Made by a program: the position numbers and the translations under genes | Shown: positions 41,065 to 50,607 of the stretch, in pieces | Layout of the letters: each line of letters starts with the position of its first letter | How positions within the stretch are numbered: the first letter of the stretch is position 1 | The notes under the pieces: model-generated | What the model was told of the DNA's origin: nothing | What the model saw: the letters and a program-made list of their open reading frames with translations, nothing else | Database searches by the model: none | Assembly: GCA_963558395.1 (NCBI GenBank) | Contig: CAUWGE010000005.1 | Coordinates: 114 to 64,113, forward strand | From: an uncultured Clostridia bacterium | GTDB lineage: Bacteria; Bacillota; Clostridia; TANB77; CAG-508 | Direction: 5' to 3' | Length of the DNA stretch: 64,000 bases

Positions 41065-41274
41065 CTATTTAGATAATTGAGATTCAGCTTGTTGAATCAA
41101 TTTCTTAACCATGTTTCCACCTATTCTACCAGCATCTCTTGCAGATATATCACCATTATAACCATCCTTTAATGATACACCAACTTCATTAGCTACCTCA
41201 TATTTAAATTTGTTAAGAGCGTCAGTAGCTTCTGGAACTGCCTTATAGTTGCTATTACTTGATGAATTTGCCAT
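41065..41274 (-). CDS. Alpha/beta-type small acid-soluble spore protein
   Basis: 69 aa; KFKYEVANEVGVSL and ISARDAGRIGGNMVKKLI are typical alpha/beta SASP motifs. AGGAGG SD. Confidence 0.85.
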   Translation of the reverse strand: MANSSSNSNYKAVPEATDALNKFKYEVANEVGVSLKDGYNGDISARDAGRIGGNMVKKLIQQAESQLSK

Positions 41275-41380
41275 GTGTTTCACCTCCTAAAGTTTTGATT
41301 GAAAAGTTTGTTTTCCTTTTCAATATATATGATGTACATTTATTTTGGTTTTAAACTGGTAATTTGTGGTTTTTTATTTT

Positions 41381-42052
41381 TTAAATAAATTTTTTAATAT
41401 GATTATATACTTCCTCTCCTATATCCTCAATACTTCTAATCTTTTTGTCTTTTACACAATTGATTTCTTTCCAATTATATTTTTTTGCAAGTTTTAATGC
41501 TTTATTATATGCATGCTTCATATAGTCTATGTTAGATTCGTGAATATCTTTTTTATCACCATTTGTTATTTTATTTTTCCTATTTTCAGTTAACTTTTGA
41601 GAGTATTCTATTGGCATGTTCAAAAATATTACCTCTGTTGGTATTGGGAGATTATATAAATTAAATTCGAAATCCCAAAGCCAATTTAAAAATTTTTCGC
41701 ACTCTTTATCATCTTGTATCTTTCCTGCTTGATGTATCATATTAGATTGTGTATACCTATCAGCTATTATTATGCCCCCATCTTCATAATACTTACTATA
41801 TTCTTTTTTAAATGTTATATATCTATCTGCTGCAAAAAAAGTAGATGCTACATATGGACTTATTTCTTCTGCATTTGTTCCTAGTTCACCATTTAGGTAT
41901 ATTTTTACTAAACTAGATGATATACTATCATAATTAGGAAAACTTACTCCTTTAAAATCAATGTTTTCCTTTTTTAATCTTTCTTTTAATAAGTTTGATT
42001 GTGTTTCTTTTCCTGATCCATCTGTTCCTTCTATTACAAATAATTTTCCCAT
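41381..42052 (-). CDS. tmk: dTMP (thymidylate) kinase-like nucleoside monophosphate kinase
   Basis: P-loop FVIEGTDGSGKETQ followed by SFPNYDS...IYLNGE, as in type-I TMPK-like kinases. 223 aa. Confidence 0.65.
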   Translation of the reverse strand: MGKLFVIEGTDGSGKETQSNLLKERLKKENIDFKGVSFPNYDSISSSLVKIYLNGELGTNAEEISPYVASTFFAADRYITFKKEYSKYYEDGGIIIADRYTQSNMIHQAGKIQDDKECEKFLNWLWDFEFNLYNLPIPTEVIFLNMPIEYSQKLTENRKNKITNGDKKDIHESNIDYMKHAYNKALKLAKKYNWKEINCVKDKKIRSIEDIGEEVYNHIKKFI

Positions 42053-42211
42053 TTTTCTATTTTACGATAAAATTTATCATATACTCCTTCATAAATTTAG
42101 GTTTTTAGAGGTTACCTATAAACCTTTATATGTAGTTTATGTTCTCACATTTTTTCAAATTAATTATACTTTAATAAAGAAAATATATCAATAAATTTTT
42201 TCATATATATT

Positions 42212-43279
42212 TTAATATACACAATATGCTTGAGCTTTAAACATTTTTCCAATTGCATTATTTTTTATTGTCATAGTTACTCTTGTTTCTTCTGGCAAGT
42301 CTAATATATACATTCCCCAAATGCAAAATCCTTCGATAAATCCAGAACTTTGTTCTATTACTTTTGTAGGTTCCACAGATAGTCCTAAAAATTGCATTCC
42401 TCCATTAACAGGACTTGTTCCTTCTACTATAAATATTGATTTTCCTTTTGGACAAGTTACACCAATTTTGCTATCTGCTCCGTGAAAAGCTGCATCATAT
42501 ACAAATTCTGTTTTACAGTCATTGAGTGTACTTATTACTTTTTCTGTTCCTGTTAATTTTTGTCCATTTACCCATGCTGTTTTCCCTTCTTGTATATCTG
42601 CTGGTATTGCTGTTCCTGGTGTTTGAACATCTAGGCTATTTGCTGTTATTGTTCCTCCTTCTGTATATCCTGCTGGTATGGTGTGGCTTTGACCTGCATT
42701 TAAGTTTGCATTTATTGCTCCGTTATTTGCCATTGTTCCTACTAATCCTACTCCACTTGAATTTGAAAATGTTTTTCCTGCTAGTACATCCGAAACTGTT
42801 GCATTTCCTATTGCTTGTTTTGCTTTTAATACTTCTATTTGTCTATTTAATTCCTCTATCTGTTTATTCATTTCTGCTATTTGCCTTTCTAATTCTTCTT
42901 TGTTTAGTCTTTCATTTTCTAGTTGTTGCTCTAAATTTGCTATTGTTTCTTGCAGCCTTTTTATTGTTTCTTCTAACTCGCTTACATCTGGACATGTTCC
43001 TCCTTCTCCTGAACCACTTTCATTTTTACTACTATTTATTTCTTCTATTACTTTATTTATTTCCTCTTCTTCTGCTATACTTGCATTTTTTGCTTTATCT
43101 CTTGCTAGTTTTGCTCTTTCTATTATTCCATTTTCTCCTACTGCCAAGTTTAGTGTTATTGCTGCTAATATTAATAGCACTATTATTGTTACAACTAATG
43201 CTAGCATTGTTACTCCTTTTGCTTTTTTTATTATTTCTGTTTTTACTTTATTTTTATTTCTAAAATCCATCTTTTGCAT
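42212..43279 (-). CDS. Pilin-like N-terminal anchor + coiled coil + tail-fibre-like repeat protein (355 aa), unknown function
   Basis: KGVTMLALVVTIIVLLILAAITLNLAVGENGIIERAK is a prepilin-like hydrophobic N-terminus but lacks the canonical Glu+5. A ~70-aa heptad coiled coil follows. Two GKT(F/A)..G..(L/V)(T/V)GT repeats flank IPAGYTEGG. An alternative start at 43270 is possible. Confidence 0.6.
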   Translation of the reverse strand: MQKMDFRNKNKVKTEIIKKAKGVTMLALVVTIIVLLILAAITLNLAVGENGIIERAKLARDKAKNASIAEEEEINKVIEEINSSKNESGSGEGGTCPDVSELEETIKRLQETIANLEQQLENERLNKEELERQIAEMNKQIEELNRQIEVLKAKQAIGNATVSDVLAGKTFSNSSGVGLVGTMANNGAINANLNAGQSHTIPAGYTEGGTITANSLDVQTPGTAIPADIQEGKTAWVNGQKLTGTEKVISTLNDCKTEFVYDAAFHGADSKIGVTCPKGKSIFIVEGTSPVNGGMQFLGLSVEPTKVIEQSSGFIEGFCIWGMYILDLPEETRVTMTIKNNAIGKMFKAQAYCVY

Positions 43280-43360
43280 CCTTTCTCTTTTATCTATATA
43301 TTTTTCTAAACCCTCTTTTTATTTTTCATGTATATTTATTTTTTATACATTTTTAAACGC

Positions 43361-43402
43361 AAAAAACTATGTATTTTAGGTTTAACTAAAACACATAGTT
43401 TT
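43361..43402 (-). terminator. Intrinsic terminator downstream of topA
   Basis: 16-bp stem (AAACTATGTGTTTTAG / CTAAAATACATAGTTT, one G.U pair) with a 6-nt loop, followed by TTTTGCGTTT on the minus strand. Confidence 0.65.
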
Positions 43403-43440
43403 ACTATGTTTACATAAGCTTACTTTATTAGACCTTACGA

Positions 43441-43458
43441 TATATATATATATATATA
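43441..43458. repeat. (TA)9 dinucleotide microsatellite in the topA 3' untranslated region
   Basis: cgaTATATATATATATATATAca read directly. Confidence 0.9.
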
Positions 43459-43556
43459 CAGCCCCAAGGCTTTCAAGGTTTTTATTCATATTCATGTATC
43501 TCCGTTTATTTTTATTATACTTTATCATTTTTTTATTTTCAAGAACTATATTCAAA

Positions 43557-45644
43557 CTATTTACTTGTCTTCTTTTTGTTTGTCGTTTTTTTAGTTTTTG
43601 TTTTTTTACTTGTAGACTTTGCTGTTTTTTTAGTTTTCTTTGCTTTATCTTCTTTTTCTGGCTCCCATTTTTCTCCTAAGACTGGTTTATTCCAAGAAAT
43701 ATAGTTACAAGATTTAGGATTGTTTTCACAAATATAATAATTTTTTCCTCTTTTTGTTTTCCTTACATGTACTTCGCTTCCACAAACAGGACATGGCACA
43801 TCTATTTTATTCACAAAAGGTTTTACATTCTTACATTCTGGATAGCCTGGACATGCTAAAAATTTACCATATCTGCCATACTTTACTACCATATTTTTTC
43901 CACACTTGTCGCATTTTATATCTGTAACTTCTTCTTCTAACTTCACATGTTCTAATTCTTTATCTACTTTTTCCACTTCTTGTTCAAAAGGTGTGTAAAA
44001 CTCTCTTATAACTTGCTTCCAAGGCTCTTTTCCCTCTGCAATTTCATCGAATTGATTCTCTATATCTGCTGTAAATTCAATATTTATTATATCTTTAAAA
44101 TTCTCTGTTAAAAGTTTGTTTACTATTTTACCTAAATCTGTTGGCACTAGTTGTTTTTGTTCTTTTTGTATATACCTTCTTTCTAATATTGTAGAAATGA
44201 TTGTTGCATAAGTACTTGGTCTTCCTATTCCCTTTTCTTCTAATGCTTTTACTAAACTTGCTTCAGTATATCTTGGAGGTGGTTCTGTAAAACTTTGCTT
44301 TGAATCTATCTTCTCTTTTTTTACCTCTTCGCCTACAACTAACTCTGGTACATTTGTTTCATCATCTTCAGTAGTTTTTACATCTTTATCTTCTACATAT
44401 AAAGTCATAAAACCTTTAAATTTCAAAGTTTGTCCATTTGCCTTAAAATTATAGCTATTTGCAGTAATATTTGCTGATATTGTATCATACACTGCTTGAG
44501 CCATCTGACTAGCAATAAATCTATTATATATTAATCTATATAATTTATATTGGTCTGAAGTTAGTGAATCTTTTATTTTCTCCGGTTCAAGCTCAACATA
44601 TGTTGGTCTAATACCTTCATGTGCATCTTGAGCACCTGATTTTGTTTTATAATATCTATTTTCATAATAATTTTCACCATATTTTTCAGTAATATGCATT
44701 TTAGCAGATGCTCTTGCTTCTTCTGAAATTCTTGTAGAATCAGTTCTCATATATGTTATTAAGCCAACTGTTCCTTTATCTGGTACTTTTACACCTTCAT
44801 AAAGTCCTTGTGCAACTTGCATCGTTTTCTTGATTGCAAATCCTAACTTTCTTGAAGACTCCTGTTGCATTGTACTAGTTGTAAATGGTGGTGCTGGTGT
44901 TCTTTTCTTTTCTCCTTTTTTTACATCTTGTACAATATATTTTGCATTTTCAATATTTTTTAAAATTTCTTTTACTTCTTCTTCTTTATGAAGTTCTATC
45001 TTTTTACCATCTTTCCCGTAAAATCTAGCTATGAATTTTTCTTTGTTTTTAGATAATGTAGCATATATATTCCAATATTCTTCTGGTATAAATGCTATTA
45101 TTTCATTTTCTCTGTCTACAATAAGTTTAACTGCAACAGACTGAACTCTACCAGCTGATAGTCCTCTTTTTACCTTTTTCCATAAAATCGGACTAATTTT
45201 ATAACCAACTATTCTGTCTAGTACTCTTCTAGCTTGCTGTGCGTCTGTTAAATTTTTATCTATCTTTCTTGGATTTTTTATAGATTCTTTAACAGTTTCT
45301 TTTGTAATTTCATTAAATGTTACTCTACAAATAGCATCTTCTGGAATTCCTAAAAGATATGCTAAATGCCACGCAATAGCTTCTCCTTCACGATCAGGGT
45401 CAGTTGCTAGATATACTGTTTTTGCAGCTTTTGCATCTTTTTTTAAGCTATTTATTAAACTTGCTTTTCCTCTAATATTTATATATTGAGGTTCAAAATC
45501 ATTTTCAATATCTATTCCCATTTTTGATTTTGGTAAATCTCTTATATGTCCCATAGAAGCTACAACCTTAACATTGCTTCCCAGGAATTTTTTTATTGTA
45601 TTTGCTTTAGAAGGTGATTCCACTATTATTAATTTATCTGCCAT
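43557..45644 (-). CDS. topA: DNA topoisomerase I with Lys-rich C-terminal tail
   Basis: TOPRIM LIIVESPSKA..., active-site region ITYMRTDS, C-terminal Zn ribbons (CDKCGKNM..CPGYPECK; CPVCGS..). Start trimmed to MADKL. Overlaps the murG end by 11 nt. Confidence 0.95.
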   Translation of the reverse strand: MADKLIIVESPSKANTIKKFLGSNVKVVASMGHIRDLPKSKMGIDIENDFEPQYINIRGKASLINSLKKDAKAAKTVYLATDPDREGEAIAWHLAYLLGIPEDAICRVTFNEITKETVKESIKNPRKIDKNLTDAQQARRVLDRIVGYKISPILWKKVKRGLSAGRVQSVAVKLIVDRENEIIAFIPEEYWNIYATLSKNKEKFIARFYGKDGKKIELHKEEEVKEILKNIENAKYIVQDVKKGEKKRTPAPPFTTSTMQQESSRKLGFAIKKTMQVAQGLYEGVKVPDKGTVGLITYMRTDSTRISEEARASAKMHITEKYGENYYENRYYKTKSGAQDAHEGIRPTYVELEPEKIKDSLTSDQYKLYRLIYNRFIASQMAQAVYDTISANITANSYNFKANGQTLKFKGFMTLYVEDKDVKTTEDDETNVPELVVGEEVKKEKIDSKQSFTEPPPRYTEASLVKALEEKGIGRPSTYATIISTILERRYIQKEQKQLVPTDLGKIVNKLLTENFKDIINIEFTADIENQFDEIAEGKEPWKQVIREFYTPFEQEVEKVDKELEHVKLEEEVTDIKCDKCGKNMVVKYGRYGKFLACPGYPECKNVKPFVNKIDVPCPVCGSEVHVRKTKRGKNYYICENNPKSCNYISWNKPVLGEKWEPEKEDKAKKTKKTAKSTSKKTKTKKTTNKKKTSK

Positions 45645-46785
45645 TACTTTTCCTTTCATAAAGTTCTTTAAAAATTTTATCTTCTACGTTGCTTATTGCC
45701 ATTTTATTAGCATTCTCGCCCATTTCTTTTAATTTATTTTTATTTTCAACCAATTCTATTATCATATCATTTAATGATTTACCTGTCAAATCTTTATTTA
45801 AAATTACTCTTGCAGCATCCTTTTTTTCTAATGCTCTTGCATTATATTCTTGATGATTTTCTGCTGCATATGGAAATGGTATGAAAATTGCTGGTTTTCC
45901 TACTTTTTCAATCTCAGTAACTGTCATAGCTCCACTTCTAGACACTACCAAATCTGCAATATTTATTGCTTCTTCCATTTCATATATATATGGAAGTATT
46001 AATACTCCATGTTTATTATCTTCACATTTTTCATCACTTATGTTCATATCTAAATTGTTTCTTTTTTCTAATTCTGCTTTAACAATTTTATAGTGTTCTA
46101 TTCCAGCAGCCCACATTATTTGATATTCACTATTTTTTTCCTCTTTTATAATCTCTGTTATACTTTCATTTATTGCCTGAGCGCCTTGACTTCCCCCAAA
46201 TACTAAAACTAATGGTTTTGTTTCATTAAATCCTAATTTTTTCTTTTTTTCTTTAATTTCATCTTCTGTTAAATTAAGTTTTTTAACTTTAGTTGGAGTT
46301 CCTGTTACAACTATCTTTTTGGCCTTTGGAAGTCTATCTTTCGCCTCTTCAAATCCAACTAATATTTTTTTAGCATTTTTCGCTAGCATCTTAGTTGCAA
46401 CACCTGGGAGCACATTACTTTCATGTATTATATATGGTATTTTTATTTTTTTTGCAGCAGAACATACAGATATACAAATATATCCGCCTGTTCCTATTAC
46501 TAAATCTGGTTTAAATTCCTCTAATATTTTCTTTGCTTCTCCAATTGAGCCAATTGTTTTTACTAATCTCTTTATATTTTGCAATGTTAAGCTTCTAGAT
46601 ATTCCATAAGACTCAACTGTTTTTAATTCATATCCAGCCCTTGGAACCAATTTAGTTTCCAATCCTCTATTTGTTCCTATAAAAATTATTTTAGAATTAG
46701 GCTGCTCTGTCATAATTTTATTTGCTATCGCTATTCCAGGATTAATATGTCCTCCTGTTCCTGCTGCGGCTATAACAACTTTCAT
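45634..46785 (-). CDS. murG: Undecaprenyl-PP-MurNAc-pentapeptide UDP-GlcNAc transferase
   Basis: MKVVIAAAGTGGHINPGIAIA, and GGSQGA in the second domain. Confidence 0.92.
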   Translation of the reverse strand: MKVVIAAAGTGGHINPGIAIANKIMTEQPNSKIIFIGTNRGLETKLVPRAGYELKTVESYGISRSLTLQNIKRLVKTIGSIGEAKKILEEFKPDLVIGTGGYICISVCSAAKKIKIPYIIHESNVLPGVATKMLAKNAKKILVGFEEAKDRLPKAKKIVVTGTPTKVKKLNLTEDEIKEKKKKLGFNETKPLVLVFGGSQGAQAINESITEIIKEEKNSEYQIMWAAGIEHYKIVKAELEKRNNLDMNISDEKCEDNKHGVLILPYIYEMEEAINIADLVVSRSGAMTVTEIEKVGKPAIFIPFPYAAENHQEYNARALEKKDAARVILNKDLTGKSLNDMIIELVENKNKLKEMGENANKMAISNVEDKIFKELYERKSNGR

Positions 46786-46811
46786 TTATTCCCTCTTTTC
46801 TTACTAATCAT

Positions 46812-47984
46812 CTATATCTTTTTTGCAGACCTTGATATATTAAACAATATTCCCATAGCTGCTAAGAGTATAACCATAGAACTTCCTCCATAGCTGATAA
46901 ATGGAAGTGAAATTCCTGTATTTGGGATAGAATTAGTTACAACTGCAATATTTAAAATAACTTGAATTGCAATTAATGCAGTTATTCCTATTGCAATTAA
47001 ACTACCAAACGTATCTTTTGCTCTAATTGCAATTGATATTCCTCTTATTACTAGCATAGCAAATAATCCCAAAACTACTGCACATCCAACAAATCCAAGT
47101 TCTTCCGCTATAATTGCAAATATAAAATCATTATGTGCCTCTGGTATATATAAATATTTTTGTTTACTCTCTCCAAGTCCTACTCCGAATAATCCCCCTG
47201 ATCCAATTGCATATAAGCTCTGTACTGTTTGATATGAGGTAGCAGAAGTATCTGCCCATGGGTCAAGCCATGCCATAATTCTATCTGATCTAAAACTACT
47301 CATTAATTTGTCTTTAGCAAAAGGAAATATAAGTGCTGCTCCGCCTAACACTACTCCCATTATGTATATTAAGTATTTTAACTGGCATCCACTCATAACG
47401 ACCATTGCTGCTGTAACCATTCCTATAACAATTCCTGCACTAAGGTGGTTTTGTACCACTAATAATATCCCTATTGGTATTAAAACTGCGAAAAATGGTT
47501 TCAAACACGCATTCCATATATTCGTTAATTTTGTTTTAGGATCACTATAATATCCTGCCACATATATTATTAAGCCTATTTTTGTTATCTCTGATGGCTG
47601 TATTTGCATACCTAAATTAATCCATCTTCTCGCACCATTTGATTCTACTCCTATTTTTGGTATTAAAACAGCAAATAATATAATAATCGAACCAATATAT
47701 ACCAATTTATAAATTCTTTTGAATATATCATAATTGATATTAGAAAGTACAAACATCAGAACCATTCCTATTATTGCAGCAATAGTCTGTGTTTTAAAAT
47801 ATTTATATGTATCTCCCTCTGATGCTCCTGTTGGACTACTTGCAGACAAAACCATAACTAGACCCAACGCAATTATCATTAAGAGTATTATTAACATTGG
47901 TAAATCTATTCTGTTTTTGGCCTTAATCTGCGAAATTGTTGATGTTACAGGAGTACTCTTTTTTTTAGTTGCCGTTTTTTTCAT
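46812..47984 (-). CDS. ftsW: SEDS-family peptidoglycan polymerase FtsW/SpoVE
   Basis: 390 aa, about 10 TM helices, QPSE(I/F)TK motif (QPSEITKIGL), PEAHNDFIFA. Lies between mraY and murG. Confidence 0.9.
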   Translation of the reverse strand: MKKTATKKKSTPVTSTISQIKAKNRIDLPMLIILLMIIALGLVMVLSASSPTGASEGDTYKYFKTQTIAAIIGMVLMFVLSNINYDIFKRIYKLVYIGSIIILFAVLIPKIGVESNGARRWINLGMQIQPSEITKIGLIIYVAGYYSDPKTKLTNIWNACLKPFFAVLIPIGILLVVQNHLSAGIVIGMVTAAMVVMSGCQLKYLIYIMGVVLGGAALIFPFAKDKLMSSFRSDRIMAWLDPWADTSATSYQTVQSLYAIGSGGLFGVGLGESKQKYLYIPEAHNDFIFAIIAEELGFVGCAVVLGLFAMLVIRGISIAIRAKDTFGSLIAIGITALIAIQVILNIAVVTNSIPNTGISLPFISYGGSSMVILLAAMGILFNISRSAKKI

Positions 47985-47996
47985 TCTTCTCCTCTC

Positions 47997-48974
47997 TTAT
48001 ATTACAAGTATTCCTATTATGCTCATAGCTAATGTAAGTAAACTAAATACTGATACAATTTGATTTTCTTTCCATCCTGAAAGTTCGAAATGGTGGTGAA
48101 GTGGTGCCATCTTAAATAGTCTTTTTCCTGTTTTTTTATAGTACCCTACTTGCAAAATTACAGATAATGTTTCTAATACTGGTACAAGTGCTATTATTAA
48201 TAAAAGTAGCGGTAATTTTAAGTATAATGCTATTCCTGCTATTGCTCCGCCTAATAATAGTGAACCTGTGTCTCCCATAAATACTTGTGCTGGATGCAAG
48301 TTAAAAAGTAAAAATCCTAATGCTGCACCTATTACAATACAACCAAATATTGTTGTTTCTTTTATTCCCCAAATTATCGAAATAACTGTTAAGCATGTTA
48401 ATATTATTGTTGTTACACTTGTTGAAAGCCCATCTATTCCATCTGTAAGGTTTACGGCATTGGTAGTTGCAAGTATTACACATACTGCAAATGGTATATA
48501 AAGCCACATTGGAAGAGTTATATAAGTATCTAAAATTGGCAAATATATATCTGTTCCATTTTTAAAATTAAATACAAGCATTACTACATATGCTATTGCA
48601 ATAATCATAAGTCCTAACATCTTTAGTTTTGGACTTAGTCCATCTGTATTATGCAGAATCACTTTTTTAAAATCGTCGATAAATCCTACTAGACCAAATC
48701 CAATTGTGACAAACACCATTGGAAGTAATCTAGTTGCTATTTCTGGTTCATCTGCTGCATAATCAATGTATAAAAATGCACTTAATAAGATGGTCGTTAT
48801 AATTAGAATAAGACCTCCCATTGTAGGTGTCCCACTCTTTTTTAGGTGTGATTTAGGACCATCTTCTCTTTCTGACTGCCCCACCTTTAGTTTTTTTAAT
48901 ATTGGTATTACTATCATTGAAATTACAATACTCAGCCCAAATGATAATAGCAATATCTTTATTTGAAAACTCAT
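47997..48974 (-). CDS. mraY: Phospho-N-acetylmuramoyl-pentapeptide transferase
   Basis: KSGTPTMGG, NAVNLTDGIDGL, MGDTGSL, APLHHHFE. Confidence 0.95.
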   Translation of the reverse strand: MSFQIKILLLSFGLSIVISMIVIPILKKLKVGQSEREDGPKSHLKKSGTPTMGGLILIITTILLSAFLYIDYAADEPEIATRLLPMVFVTIGFGLVGFIDDFKKVILHNTDGLSPKLKMLGLMIIAIAYVVMLVFNFKNGTDIYLPILDTYITLPMWLYIPFAVCVILATTNAVNLTDGIDGLSTSVTTIILTCLTVISIIWGIKETTIFGCIVIGAALGFLLFNLHPAQVFMGDTGSLLLGGAIAGIALYLKLPLLLLIIALVPVLETLSVILQVGYYKKTGKRLFKMAPLHHHFELSGWKENQIVSVFSLLTLAMSIIGILVI

Positions 48975-48997
48975 TTGTATAATTCCCCCTACAAATT

Positions 48998-50470
48998 TTA
49001 CATATTATCTATAATTTCTTTTATTATTTCCCTTTCATCATAATGATGTTTTTCATGGTTTATTTCTTGGTATGTTTCATGACCTTTTCCAGCCAGTACA
49101 ATAATGTCTGTTTTATCTGCAATTTGTATTGCTTTTTTTATTGCTTCTGTTCTATCTACAATACATTCATATTTTGCTTTTGTCTTTTTTATTCCTTCTT
49201 CTATCTGTTTTACTATTTCTTCTGGATTTTCTGTCCTTGGATTATCTGATGTTATTATTGTGTATGTTGCTATTTTTCCTGATATTTCTCCCATAATTGG
49301 TCTTTTACCGCTATCTCTATCTCCTCCACATCCAAATACTGAAATTACTTTACCTCTAGTATATGATTTAACTGCTTGTAATATGTTTTCTAAACTCTCT
49401 GGAGAATGAGCATAATCTACCATTATAGTCAATCCTAATTTATTATCAACTAATTCACTTCTTCCTGGCACTTTTACATTTTCAAGAGCTGTTTTTATAT
49501 TTTCTGTACTGCATCCTAGTCTTAGTGCTACCGAAATAGCTGCTAGGCTATTGTATACACTAAATCTACCAGGTATATCTGTTTTTATTCTTTCATTTTT
49601 TCCATTTAATTTTACTTTGAAATCTACATATGAATTTGTAATTGTTATATCTTTTGCAAGTAAATTATTTTCATTGTCTATTCCATATGTTTGTATCATA
49701 CAATTTGGTACTAGTTTAGGTACTCTTATTGTATTTATATCGTCTACATTAATATATCCATATTTGCACATCTTAAATAGTTCTACTTTTGAATTGAAGT
49801 AGTCTTCCATATCTGGGTGTTCTTTAGGACTTATGTGGTCTTCAGAAAAATTAGTAAATACTCCTATATTAAAATCTGAACCATAAACTCTGTTTAATTT
49901 TAAACTTTGTGATGATACTTCCATAACACATGCAGTGCAACCTGCATCTACCATTTTTGCAAATGTTTCTTGAAGTTTTATACTATCTGGTGTTGTTCTA
50001 TCACTGTCTTCTAATTTCTTATCACCTATATAAGTTGCTATTGTTCCAATTAATCCTGTTTTTATACCTTGTTTTTCCAAAATTGCTTTTATCATAAATG
50101 TAGTGGTTGTTTTTCCTTTAGTTCCTGTGATTCCAACTAATTGTAACTTTCTCGATGGATTATCATAAAAATTACAAGCACAAATTGCAGTTGCTTTTCT
50201 CGTATCTTTTGCTACTATTATAGTAACATTTTCTGGTATTTCATTTACTACGTTCTTAACTTCCGCTTCTTCTATTAGAATTGCTTTCGCTCCATTTTCT
50301 ATTGCTTTTTCTATATATTTATGTCCATCTACATCAAAGCCTTTTATAGCAATAAACATTGCTCCTTCTTTTATATCTCTTGAGTCATTGCTTATCTGCA
50401 TAATATCTATATCTAAATTTCCTTTTGCTTTTAGCCCTTCTATTCCTGCTAAAACTTTTTTTAATTCCAT
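48998..50470 (-). CDS. murE: UDP-MurNAc-L-Ala-D-Glu:meso-diaminopimelate ligase
   Basis: GITGTKGKTTT P-loop and a DNPR motif (TSDNPRTENP), which indicates the DAP-adding type. Start trimmed to MELKKVL (AAGGGAGA SD). Confidence 0.9.
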   Translation of the reverse strand: MELKKVLAGIEGLKAKGNLDIDIMQISNDSRDIKEGAMFIAIKGFDVDGHKYIEKAIENGAKAILIEEAEVKNVVNEIPENVTIIVAKDTRKATAICACNFYDNPSRKLQLVGITGTKGKTTTTFMIKAILEKQGIKTGLIGTIATYIGDKKLEDSDRTTPDSIKLQETFAKMVDAGCTACVMEVSSQSLKLNRVYGSDFNIGVFTNFSEDHISPKEHPDMEDYFNSKVELFKMCKYGYINVDDINTIRVPKLVPNCMIQTYGIDNENNLLAKDITITNSYVDFKVKLNGKNERIKTDIPGRFSVYNSLAAISVALRLGCSTENIKTALENVKVPGRSELVDNKLGLTIMVDYAHSPESLENILQAVKSYTRGKVISVFGCGGDRDSGKRPIMGEISGKIATYTIITSDNPRTENPEEIVKQIEEGIKKTKAKYECIVDRTEAIKKAIQIADKTDIIVLAGKGHETYQEINHEKHHYDEREIIKEIIDNM

Positions 50471-50530
50471 ACGAGTAATCTCCCTTATATAATTATAGTT
50501 AATCATTATCTATTATATAACTAAGTATTC

Positions 50531-50600
50531 TAAAAAAACAAGCTTATATTACAAAAAGTTTTAATTTCTGTTACATTTATTATAACTTTTTTGTAATATA
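50531..50600 (-). terminator. Long-stem terminator after the AgrC-like kinase gene
   Basis: TATATTACAAAAAAGTT ... AACTTTTTGTAATATA on the minus strand: ~16 bp with one bulge and a 23-nt loop, followed by AGCTTGTTTTTTT. Confidence 0.5.
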
Positions 50601-50607
50601 AACCATT

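Noticed and set aside
42057-42092. Mini-ORF(s) (MINFIVK* or MKEYMINFIVK*) with an AAGGAG just upstream of tmk, ending 4 nt before the tmk ATG, which itself lacks an SD
   Set aside because: The SD-to-ATG spacing for the 7-codon version is only about 3 nt, and the longer version has no SD. Such tiny ORFs arise easily in AT-rich DNA. It could be termination-reinitiation coupling, but the evidence is too thin.
42526-43263. 245-aa plus-strand ORF extremely rich in Leu/Phe (also 42900..43379)
   Set aside because: It is a shadow ORF antisense to the well-supported pilin-like/coiled-coil gene. It has low-complexity translation of the reverse of Glu/Lys-rich codons, no SD and no promoter.
48301-48507. 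68-aa minus-strand ORF in an alternative frame inside mraY
   Set aside because: It is entirely embedded in the conserved mraY coding frame. It has no SD, and its Asn/Cys-rich translation looks spurious.
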